A stretch of DNA of 64,000 nucleotides from assembly GCA_009103225.1 (NCBI GenBank), contig RHPI01003788.1:1-64000 (forward strand). The letters run 5' to 3'. Position 1 is the stretch's first letter, and each line of letters starts with the position of its first letter. This document shows, one piece after another, positions 38,317 through 48,792 of the stretch. The position numbers and the translations under genes were made by a program. This stretch comes from Chlorokybus atmophyticus. Taxonomy: Eukaryota; Plantae; Mesostigma and Chlorokybus algae. The notes below the pieces were generated by a model, which ran no database searches, was not told the DNA's origin, and worked only from the letters and a program-made list of their open reading frames with translations.

Positions 38317-38715
38317 AAGCAGGTACTTACATGGTGGTTGTGTGCATTCACTTCAAGGACATGCATCTGATCTGCACGCATGCGCGCGCGCGCGCATGCG
38401 TGCGCGTGCATGTATGTGTGTGATGTGCTGAGTTCCAGTTCAATGGCATGCAGGTGGTTGTATGCATTCAATTATGGTCATGTATCTGATCTGCGTGCAC
38501 GCGCACGCGCGCGCATGCATGCGCGTGCGCGTGCGTGTGTGATGTGCTAAGGTCCCGTTCAATGGCATGCAGGTGTTTGCGTGGTGGTTGTGTGCATTCA
38601 ATTATGGTCATGCATCTGATCTGCGTGCATGCGTGCGCACATGTCTGAACTGTGCTGATTTTCAGCAATGGCATGCAGGTGTTTACACGGTGGTTATGTG
38701 CGTTCAATGAGGATA
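38317..38715 (+). repeat. Tandem ~120-bp repeats, each containing a splice acceptor and the start of the DDE exon of the Tigger transposase
   Basis: Recurrent CAATGGCATGCAG|GTG..TGGTTGTGTGCATTCAAT units precede the true exon start CAG|GTGTTTACACGGTGGTTATGTGCGTTCAAT at 38680. Confidence 0.75.
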
Positions 38716-40722
38716 TGCGCCGTGCCAATCGACAAGTGCTGGTGCTCATGGACAACGCAGCAACGCACATCTGCGCGCAAGCCAAGTCGGGGACAAAAGG
38801 CAGCTTCAAGTCTCTCATTATGTCTCACCTGACCGTTGTGTTCTTGCCTCCAAACACAACATCAGTCATTCAACCCTTGGATGCGGGCATAATTGCTGCA
38901 TTCAAGATGAGGTAAGGTTTGACATCATGTGAGCAAAGCACGTTACTTTGTGAGGATATGTTCGAGTCTTACGCATTGCTACGCAGGTACAAGAAGAAGT
39001 TGGTTGCGCACATGCTTGCAGAGTTTGACGCCAACCCCACTTCCGACCTCAGCAAAACCAAAGTGGATGTGCGCGACGCCGTCATGTGGAGCCGTGAAGC
39101 TTGGATGGAGCTCACTCCTTCTACCATACGCAATTGCTGGCGCAAGAGCAAGGTTATTCCTGCCGATTGGTGTGCTGATGCAATCAATGACAACCTCAAC
39201 GCCCCATCCATTCGTCGCGTCCATGACGCCAAGGTATGTATGCTTAGTTGGTGGTTATTGCTAGAACAATGCTTGTGCCAACATTGGTAACTTGCATTGC
39301 TACTGCGCGTAGGAGTTGGATGATTTGCAGCAACTCATGTCGCGGATGAAGCTTCCAGCATCAGATTCAATCAGCGCCGAGGAGTTTGTGGACATGGATG
39401 AGACATTGCCCACGGAGGCAACAGCAACGGATGCTGAAATACTGGCATCTGTTGGTCTCGGGCCATTGTCCGATGATGAAAAAGATGAGGAAGGTAAGTG
39501 ATGGTGTGGTGCCTGCACTATATGCAATTGCATGATAGCGGTTGTACATGTTGCTAAGACTAGCATGCACAGATGACCCTGACAGTTAGCCCCCTCATGC
39601 GCGGACATTGAGAGAAGCGATGCAACATGTGGATGCACTTGACGCTTTTATCATCAAAGCTTCTGAAGACTTCAATCAAATGGAGCAGATTGTAACGCGG
39701 CTAGTAGTTATACTCCAAGTAAAGTGCTTGGGAAATTACATGTGTATATATGCAAGTGTGCATACATATAAAAAGTTTACAACAAGTATATGTGCTTGTT
39801 GCCAACAATGTGTTGGTCAAGTAATTATGAATTAATTGATTATTGTTTAGTCATAAAGTACCGTCCCCTTGCGACTACCGCAAATATGCGGTAGGAATTG
39901 TCTGATGCACTGCCAGCACCGCAAATGCTCACGTGAGTCTCGCGTCACGCGGCAAGTCGCGCGCGGCAGCCATGCGGCGTTACTGTTAGCGCGGTAGGCG
40001 TCACGCCGAGGGCGCGACGACGCGCTACAGTACTTGCCGCTAAGCTACAGCCAAGAAGGCTCTAGAATAATTCGAGAACAATTAGTAAATACACTAGTTG
40101 TCTCTAGAAGATGTGTCTTATGTGGCCATAAGATATGGCACAAGATACATAAGAGAAACCTATGAGGTCCTCTTGCAATCTCATTGGTTGATCACACTTA
40201 AGGGTGAGAAACCCCTAAATATTTTTGGTGTGGACATGTGGTAGGTGTGCGTGTGAACACTTGCCACAAGTTGGTTGGCCGCCTTAGATTACACTAGGGT
40301 CCGAACGTGGCACCATTTGGTGGAGACCACAACCCTTGAGGAGTAGATAAGCCACAAGGGTATATAAGTGAGCTAGTATGAGAGGCCAAGGCATTTGTGC
40401 TTGAGTTGGTGGCATTGCCTTGGTGTGCGCGCTCGTGTGGGTCATCCTAGTGGGGTGTTCGGGTGAGAGGCCATTCAAGGGGGTGCCAAGCTTCTTCAAC
40501 CTCAAGGTGTGTTGCTTGTCCTCGTGTAACACTTGTGTGTGTGAGTGCGTGCACAAGGTAGAGTGCATAACCTTCTTCGGTGAGAGCTAAGTGCTCAAGC
40601 CTAGGGTGGCGTTACATTGGTATCGGAGCTAAGGCTAAGATTGTGGGGAACCTTTGGGTTTGTGGGCCTATCTGGAGTTGCTTAGAGGGCACTTATTGAA
40701 GTTTGTGTGTGCTAAGGGCACT

Positions 40723-41973
40723 ATGGCGGAAGTTAGCTCCAACTCGGGCAATGTTGCTCAAGGCATCCTCGCCGCTCAATTCATGAGCATGAACTTGAGT
40801 GGAGGGACGCCGGAGGGAGCGGCGCATGACCCCATGAAGGCGGCACCGTTGACCAAGCCATCGTTTGAGGAGTTGAACACCTCATGGAAGGCCACGTTTA
40901 ACAACATCGCCATGGGCACGGCGGCGCAAAAGGCCGAGGGGTTTAAGACGCTTGTTTGTTGGCTCGCGAGGGAGCAAGCACGCATGTATCGCTTGGAGCT
41001 TTGCGTGGGGGCTATGAGACATATGGCACCGCATGACTCACTCCTTGTGCGTGTGGGTAGGCTCGAGGACAAGATAGTGGAGCTTGAAGGAGATCTCTCC
41101 ACATGGCGTGCCAAAGTTGGGGCGCAAGAGGAGGCTCTCAAGCATCACAACACGAGCCGGTTGGTGAACAAGCCCAAGAACTTCTCCGGCGAGAAGGGGC
41201 AAAGCATCGACGCATGGTTGCAACAAATGGAGGCGTACTTGTCAAGCACGCCGACCTCGGAGTGGGTCAAGGTGGGGATGGCATTCTTGGAGGCCGACCC
41301 GCTCACTATTTGGTACCATGCTCAAGGGCCACTAACCGAGGAGCTCAAGTATAGTTGGATGCATTTCAAGAAGGCGTTGCAAGACCAATACCTTCCCATC
41401 GACCCCGTGCAAGATGCACGCGACAAGCTTGAAGAACTCAAGATGTCGGGGTCGGCGGAGGAGTATGCACGCCGCTTCAAACTCCTCGTGGCCAAGATCC
41501 GTGCGGGAGGAGGCCAAATGAGCAGCGACGAGATGGTGCACAAGTTCAAGCGTGGGCTTAACGCCAAGCCACAAGGCATGCAAACGGTGTATCAAAACAT
41601 CAAGACCGGCAAGCCATGGGAAGGGGCGGAGTTTGACCTCCTCGTCGCGGCTACTTTGAAAGCGGCGAGGGCACTTAACACCGTCAACAAGAGAGGGAGA
41701 GAGGAGGGAGAGAGAGATCCTACTCCTCGCGGCGATGGCTCGAAGAAGGGCAAGTTCGTCAAGGGCAAAGGCAAGGGTAAGGAGCCCTTCAAGCCCAACG
41801 GCCACTCCAAGTCAAAGGGCAAGGAGCCGGCGAAGAAGAAGGACAACTACACCCCCCTGAACCTCTCCATGGACGAGAAGGCCAAGCTCTTCAAGGAGGG
41901 CAAGTGTCTCCTTTGCAAGAAGCCCGGTCACCGTCTCGCGGAGTGCCCCGACAAGCCTAGCACTATCAAATAG
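40723..41973 (+). CDS. gag: Gag with CCHC zinc knuckle
   Basis: Open 416-codon frame with KPKNFSGEKG..IDAWL, retrotrans-gag-like core, and CLLCKKPGHRLAEC. Confidence 0.92.
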   Translation: MAEVSSNSGNVAQGILAAQFMSMNLSGGTPEGAAHDPMKAAPLTKPSFEELNTSWKATFNNIAMGTAAQKAEGFKTLVCWLAREQARMYRLELCVGAMRHMAPHDSLLVRVGRLEDKIVELEGDLSTWRAKVGAQEEALKHHNTSRLVNKPKNFSGEKGQSIDAWLQQMEAYLSSTPTSEWVKVGMAFLEADPLTIWYHAQGPLTEELKYSWMHFKKALQDQYLPIDPVQDARDKLEELKMSGSAEEYARRFKLLVAKIRAGGGQMSSDEMVHKFKRGLNAKPQGMQTVYQNIKTGKPWEGAEFDLLVAATLKAARALNTVNKRGREEGERDPTPRGDGSKKGKFVKGKGKGKEPFKPNGHSKSKGKEPAKKKDNYTPLNLSMDEKAKLFKEGKCLLCKKPGHRLAECPDKPSTIK

Positions 41974-44900
41974 GAATTCGGGGTGGCTAAGGTAGTAGCG
42001 GTAGCTACAAATACACCACGTGTTGGCTTTATAAATAAGTTTCCATTTGCTTGTGATGTAGCTTTGGACTTTGAATGCATGGGATTGCATGTGGTGAGTG
42101 AGTTGAATGAAGCGCATGCAAATGTGCTCGTGTATGTGCCTCCTTTCAAGTTGAAAACGGCCATACAAAAGTACTTGGATCACAAGCGTGATAACCCAAG
42201 TACGAGAGCAATTGTTCTCACGCCGATATACAAGGGCACTTGGTCGGCAATGCTAAAGACCTTCGTAAGATACAAGGTCTTGTCCAAGGAAGAAACGGGC
42301 ATCAATAAGCCATCAATCATGTGGCATGACGACCTTAGTCACCGTGTTCAAGAAGAGCAAGAAGAAGAGTCTCTACTATGGGTACTTGATGGCAACATGC
42401 TTGGTAGGAATGTGGGTGTACTTGTAGACACCGGCACGGTGTGCAACTTTATAGATATAAGGTTGTTGAACCGTGCAATGGTACGCATGAAAGCTTGTCC
42501 TGACAAGTTTGCCACCATTGATGGTACGCCTATATCGGTGCTCGGCCAAGTTGAGCTTCAAGTCAACATAGGCAACTACTCTAGTAAGGTGTTGCTTCGT
42601 GTTGTGGACATGAGAATGCAAGGCATTTAAGTGATCCTAGGCTAAAATTGGCAATTGCGTTCACGTGCAATACTAGATGCGGGCAAGAAAGTGTGCACCG
42701 TGTTTAGGGGAGAGCACAAGTATGAGATTTCGGTGTCACAACGAAAGATCCCATCTAGGGGGTGTGCGCACAAGCGCGTGGTTGCTTTGGTAAGCTACCA
42801 CCCCGACGGGGAAGAAGGCCTCGTTAGTGAAGCTTGTGGTGCACAACACGCGGGGAGTGCTTCTACAAATGAGGAGCAAGAGCTCCACCCTATTGTTGTC
42901 AACAACATGGACGTGTTTAAAGATGAACTACCCTCACTCCCACCGGAGCGTGACATTTGGCATACAGTACCCCTCAAGGATGAGAACAAAGTGCCTCCAT
43001 CAAGGCCTTTGTATAGGCTAAGCCCGGTTGAGTACGCGGAAATGGAGAAGCAAATCTCAATGCTACTTGAGAAGAAGTTAATTGAGCCTAGCTTCTCGCC
43101 GTATGCGGCACCAATCTTGTTTGTTCCAAAGCCTCACAAGAGTGGTTTACGCATGTGCATAGACTACCGAGCTTTGAACAACAACACCGTGAAGAACAAG
43201 TATCCCATCCCACGGATTGATGACTTGTTCGATCAATTGGGCAAGGCAAGGTGTTTAGTGCATTGGACTTGACGGCGGGGTACCATCAAATTAGGATTAC
43301 CAAAGAGGATATTCCTAAGACCGCCTTTAGGACACCTAAGGGACACTTTCAATATAAAGTGTTGCCCTTTGGTTTGACCAATGCACCCGCTACTTTTCAA
43401 GCGGTGATGAACCACATTCTTGCTCCCTACATCAACAAGTTTGTGCTTGTATATCTAGATGACATTTTGGTGTATAGAGAATGAGGACGAGCATTCTAAG
43501 CATCTCCAACTAGTGTTTGACACACTACGCAAGCACAAGTTCTATGCTTGCTTAGAGAAATGTCGCTTCTTTCAAGAAGAGGTGTTGTTTCTTGGTCACG
43601 TTGTTGGTAATGGCACCTTCAAGGCCGACCCTACAAAGGTAGGTGTAGTGAAGGAATGGCCTTCACCGAAAAATGTGTCCAACTTGCGGTCATTCTTAGG
43701 CCTTGCCAACTACTTTAGGCGCTTCATCCTAGGGTACTCGGCCAAAGCAACGCCGCTCACTAAGTTGTTGAGCAAGGACATCAAATGGAGTTGGGGAGAG
43801 ACACAACAACGAGCCTTTGATGGCATCAAAAATGCATTAGTGAATGCACCGGTGTTGCAAATGCCGGACTTCTCCCAACCCTTTGAGGTGGTGAGCGATG
43901 CTAGCTTGCACGGCACCGGTGCGGTGTTGTTGCAAGATGGACATCCCGTTGCTTTCGAGTCACACAAGTTTAGTGACGCCGAGCGCAACTACACCACAAC
44001 CGAGCAAGAATTGCTTGGTGTAATAAACGCCTTGTGGAAATGGCGTTGTTACTTAGAGGGGGTGAAGTTCAAGGTTGTAACCGACCACAATCCCCTCATC
44101 TACCTTCCCCAACAACCCAACTTGTCTCGAAGACAAGCACGGTGGGCGGAGTTCCTATCGCGCTTTGACTTTGAGTGGGAGTATAGGCTGGGGAGGATCA
44201 ATGTTGCGGACCCTCTAAGTAGAGTGCCCGCCATGCTCTTAAGCTTTGGGGCAAAAGCTTTAACCATTGCGGTTGTGACAAGGTCACAAGTGCAAGAAAC
44301 GGGTGAAGCTAGTGCAAGAGAGCCCACTAGCTTGGAAGCTAGAATAGCAAGTGCTTACCTCATGAACCAATGGTTCAAGGACTTAGACAAGAACGAACTA
44401 GTCCAACAAGGCAACTATGGGTACAAGGGTGAGGCGGTAGTGGTGCCGGATGAGCCGGGCCTTCGAGTGGCGTGCATGAGCGAGATGCATGACTCTCCCT
44501 ACCGAGGGCACTTTGGCATTAAGAAAACCATCAAGCTTGCACAAAGAAGCTATTGGTGGCCTTCACTGTCAAGTGACATTGAGGCATATGTGAAGACATG
44601 TGACTCATGTCAACGCAACAAGTCCATCAATGCACGCAAGGGTGGCTTGCTTGTACCTCTACCCGTGCCCGATGACACGTGGGAGAGCGTGAGCATGGAC
44701 TTGATTACGGAGCTACCCAAGACAAAGCATGGCAACACGGCCATTGTTGTCTTTGTGGATAGGATGAGCAAGATGGCTCACTTTGCCGCATGTAAGACGG
44801 TAATCAATGCGGTTGAGTTTGCTAGGTTGTTCATAGTAAACGTGCTTAAGCTCCATGGACTCCCCAAGGAGTTGATCTTGGATAGAGACCCGAGATTCAC

Positions 44901-46427
44901 GGGAGCATTTTGGAAGAGTGTGTGTGAGACACTAGGGATTAAACAATCCATGTCCACCGCATACCATCCTCAAAGTGATGGGCAAACGGAGAGGATGAAT
45001 AGAAACTTGGAACAAGCCTTGCGACACTATGTGTCGGCAAGTCAAGACAATTGGGATGTAACAGTCAAGGCCAAATTCTGTGATTTTCATGGCCGTTTTA
45101 GGCCTTATCTGTAAGGTACATGTTTTTAATGAATTGTGGCGGATATCGGCGAGTTATGAGTCTGCCGCGGATATCGACCGGGGCCCCAAGACCAGTCCGG
45201 AAGGTGCCAGAAAACGGAGGGCCAGTCGAGAAGGGCTCGACCAGATTTCTGGAAGGGCCTGGCGCCAAGTAGTATAACTTGACCATTTGAGCAGCAAATT
45301 AGGAGATCTTTGGTGCGTCGGAAAGGTCTAGAAGTGTACTACAAGATTCTGCAAGAATATCTTAGCTTCTAGTTCCGTCTAGCGCTAGAATCGTCTAGAC
45401 AGTAGCATGTGCAGGCTGGTAGGTATAAAAGTGACATTCTACAATTTGCAATAGAACCTTTAGCTCCCTAGTTTCTGGTGTGCAAGCTTGGTGGTGGCTA
45501 GCAGGGGTTGCTAGCGTGTGTCCACCGGTGTGTGCTTGCTTGTGTGACAATCCAAGGCGCTACACAAGTCGGTGTGTAGCTTCGAGCGCATGCGCGTGCG
45601 TACGCGAGTGGCGGGGCGCGCGTGTGTGCTTGGCAGAGGGGGCAAGGTTCCGGTGTGAATACCGTGTCTTAGTGAGAGGGTTGTTGATTGGACCAACTCA
45701 TAGGTGACAAGGCACGAGCACCGTCACATGGGATGAGCTACTAGATGTAGTGGAGTTCGGTATGAACTCGGCCTATCAAGAGTCACTGAAGGATAGTCCC
45801 TTCTTCTTGAACTATGGCAAACATCCTTGTGCGCCTAGTGAGAAGATTTCCGGCAAGAAGGCAAGGGCACCGGCAGCCGGAGAGCTTGCCGCACGCATAC
45901 AAGATGCGCTAAGCAAAGCCAAGGCCGCCATGAAGAGTGCTCAAGGCCGTAAAAAGTACTTTGCCGACAAGGATCGCCGGGAAGTAGTGTTTAGTGTTGG
46001 GCAACAAGTGTTGCTTAGCACGAAAAACATTACGATCAAGAGTCGGGGAAGTAAGAAGCTTCTACCCAAGTGGATTGGCCCTTTCGAGGTGCTGAATCCC
46101 GTGGGCGCCGTGGCGTATAAGCTTCGCCTCCCGGAGCACTTTAAGATACATGATGTGTTTCATATGTCGTTGCTAAGGGAGTACAAGAGTGATGGTAGAG
46201 TCCAACCCCCACCCCTACCGGAGCTGGTAGATGGTGAGTGGGAGTATGAGGTAGAGGCGATAATGGCGCGCCATCCTCGTGGAAGGAACCGTTCTCCCGA
46301 GTACCTCGTACAATGGAAGGGCTATGGTGTTGAACACAACTCGTGGGTCTTGGAGAGAGACTTGACAAATTGTCAAGAGTTGTTGCAAGAGTTCCTTGCA
46401 ACTCATGGAGACCTTACCCAAGCCTAG
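41974..46427 (+). pseudogene. pol: Pol: Dam-like domain, aspartic protease, RT, RNase H, integrase (split by a solo LTR), chromodomain
   Basis: YVPPF block (42133); LVDTG (42420); YLDD (43450); DAS and DPLSR; MHDSPYRGHFG..CDSCQRNK; SMDLI, DRDPRF, QSDGQTER; WIGPF; YEVEAI..YLVQWKGYGVEHNSW. Stops at 42628 and 42643; frameshifts at ~43250 and ~43480. Confidence 0.93.
45057..45728 (+). mobile_element. Solo LTR (672 bp) inserted in the integrase, 5-bp TSD TGGGA
   Basis: TGGGA|TGTAACAG...CCGTCACA|TGGGA. Removal restores DNWDELLDVVEFGMNSA. Confidence 0.95.
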
Positions 46428-48359
46428 CTACCCCGTAGCGTAGCTAACACGCCCTTTCATATATGTGCACAAAGCGTGCGCAACCCCATGCCAAACCTAT
46501 TAAGTAAGGGTGCACCCACGAGGGGCAACCGTGAGGGTTGGCCACCTTCATGTCTCGTTGCTTTTCAATCTTAGTTTGTGACGGAGACCGTCACAAAATA
46601 GGTGGGGAGGAGTGTAACGCGGCTAGTAGTTATACTCCAAGTTAAGTGCTTGGGAAATCACATGTGTATATATGCAAGTGTGCATACATATAATAAGTTT
46701 ACAACAAGTATATGTGCTTGTTGCCAACAATGTGTTGGTCAAGTAATTATGAATTAATTGATTATTGTTTAGTCATAAAGTACCGCATATTTGCGGTGCT
46801 GGCAGTGCATCAGACGATTCCTACCGCATATTTGCGGTAGTTGCAAGGGGACCTCGGCGAGCACCGCAAGTGCTCACGTGAGTCTCGCGTCACGCGGCAA
46901 GTCGCGCGACTTGCAGTCACAGTCAAGCGGCAAGTCGCGCGCGGCAGCCATGCGGCGTTACTGTTAGCGCGGTAGGCGTCACGCCGAGGCTCGCCGAGGG
47001 CGCGACGACGCGCTACAGTACTTGCCGCTAAGCTACAGCCAAGAAGGCTCTAGAATAATTCGAGAACAATTAGTAAGTACACTAGTTGTCTCTAGAAGAT
47101 GTGTCTTATGTGGCCATAAGATATGGCACAAGATACATAAGAGAAACCTATGAGGTCCTCTTGCAATCTCATTGGTTGATCACACTTAAGGGTGAGAAAC
47201 CCTTAAATATTATTGGTGTGGACATGTGGTAGGTGTGCGTGTGAACACTTGCCACAAGTTGGTTGGCCGCCTTAGATTACACTAGGGTCCGAACGTGGCA
47301 CCATTTGGTGGAGACCACAACCCTTGAGGAGTAGATAAGCCACAAGGGTATATAAGTGAGCTAGTATGAGAGGCCAAGGCATTTGTGCTTGAGTTGGTGG
47401 CATTGCCTTGGTGTGCGCGCTCGTGTGGGTCATCCTAGTGGGGTGTTCGGGTGAGAGGCCATTCAAGGGGGTGCCAAGCTTCTTCAACCTCAAGGTGTGT
47501 TGCTTGTCCTCGTGTAACACTTGTGTGTGTGAGTGCGTGCACAAGGTAGAGTGCATAACCTTCTTTGGTGAGAGCTAAGTGCTCAAGCCTAGGGTGGCGT
47601 TACAAGATGGCGCTTAGGAAGTTGAGAAAAAAGTTGACGCATCTTCACATTTTCGGTGTGTCTAATGCTAGACAGAGCACCATTTACTTATTTCTTCGTC
47701 CGCGCGTAGAAGATGTAGATGAGGAGGACTAGCGTGGTTGCCGCATAATAGATATACATTACTGTGTTTGCTTGCGCTAATGATGATATCCGCATTACAA
47801 AAGTAGGACACACATGTTATCGGGCACTTACACGCAGCATGTTAGTGTGCATGAACTTGCTTGAAACCTCCCATTGCGATGTGCATTAACTATAAGCATA
47901 CATTTACTTATAGCAAATACGATGCTGATTATGCGGTTGCTCTGCTTATATGCATAATATATACTTATATACATGTAAACATATTGTATACTTATATGGA
48001 GGTAAACATATATGCTCTATAAGTATATGTTTTCCAAGGACAAAGTGTATACTTATAAGGAGAGTAGACTATAGAATGTATGGCCCGGCCAATCTCGCTC
48101 GCATCAAGACCAGGCAGCGTCCGGGCAGCGGACCAGGGACAAAATGAAAGAATAAAGACAATGCAATTTTGTTCCGGCCAGCGGACCATGAATCGCAATG
48201 AATCACAATTGGCTTTGAGAGTACATATCCTAGAAGTGGCTTGATCTTCTGCTGACGGCACCGGTCACGCTGCGCAACTCACCTATAGCGCAGGAGGCCG
48301 CGGCGTCTTTGGAAATGACGATTGATATAGAGACAAACATGCTCAACTTGTGAATCACA

Positions 48360-48415
48360 ATTTCAACCTACGACTTGTAGCATTGAGACGATGCTCTAAC
48401 CACAAAGCCACAAGT
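48360..48415 (-). other. Highly degenerate tRNA-like (possible SINE head) sequence
   Basis: Reverse complement TGTGGCTTTGTGGTTAGAGCATCG...GTCGTAGGTTGAAATT loosely resembles A-box and B-box spacing. Confidence 0.25.
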
Positions 48416-48697
48416 GCACGTATTATTAGGTCAGCGAAACAGTTGGTATGGTTTGCAACGTGCCGACGGCCACTTGGCGATAGTCGATTGATATACCCAT
48501 TAGCTGAGCCCATGCAGTGCATGCTATAACATGCATAGGCTGTACCAGCATCACTTCGTGGAAACTCAAAAATGCATGGACATCCGCAACTCGGCGGCTG
48601 CTAGGGTAATTAAAATACAACATTTAGTGGGGGGGCTCCAAATGTGCTGGGATCCCATGGGGGCTCCATAAACAGCCCGTTTTGAAGATGGAATAAA

Positions 48698-48792
48698 ACA
48701 TATATATATATATATATATATATATGCGTATATATATATATATGCGTATGTATACATATATATGTACACATACACATATACATATTTATATA
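48698..48792. repeat. (TA)n-rich microsatellite
   Basis: Directly visible. Confidence 0.9.

Larger units (their letters stand above)
39691..47604 (+). mobile_element. Full-length Ty3/gypsy chromovirus, mildly decayed
   Basis: LTRs 39691-40616 and 46613-47604 (TGTAAC...GTTACA), PBS TGGTATCGGAGC at 40618-40629, PPT ~46599-46612, AGAT duplicated at the flanks, and domain order gag-PR-RT-RH-IN-chromo. Confidence 0.97.
26547..47710 (+). pseudogene. CENP-B/Tigger-like transposase (HTH, HTH_Tnp_Tc5, DDE_1), multi-exon, interrupted at 27171-38110 and 39691-47604
   Basis: RRAYTVNEKQAII; ELEAALYAWF; FSFASGWL|DGFKKRHGIKAYALHGEAGDV across the CACTA insert; VLVLMDNAATH..VFLPPNTTSVIQPLDAGIIAAFK; TIRNCWRK; EQ|MALRKLRKK across the gypsy insert. 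Confidence 0.9.
26179..48071 (+). mobile_element. Tigger/pogo DNA transposon (~3 kb core) carrying two large nested insertions
   Basis: Imperfect TIRs CAGTCTACTC-N4-TATAAGTA-N4-CTTTGT at 26179 and reverse complement ending at 48071, followed by TA. Transposase pieces rejoin in frame when the inserts are removed. Confidence 0.8.

Noticed and set aside
40284-40568. Identical 94-aa ORF repeated at 47272-47556
   Set aside because: Antisense frame within the two LTRs; the identity reflects LTR duplication.
29530-42645. TAA/TAG read as Gln (non-standard algal code) to explain the in-frame TAG/TAA stops
   Set aside because: Long open frames such as 43459-45114 use only CAA/CAG for Gln, one TAA corresponds to TAC in the sister copy, and frameshifts co-occur. 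Mutational decay is simpler. A codon-usage test on host genes would settle it.
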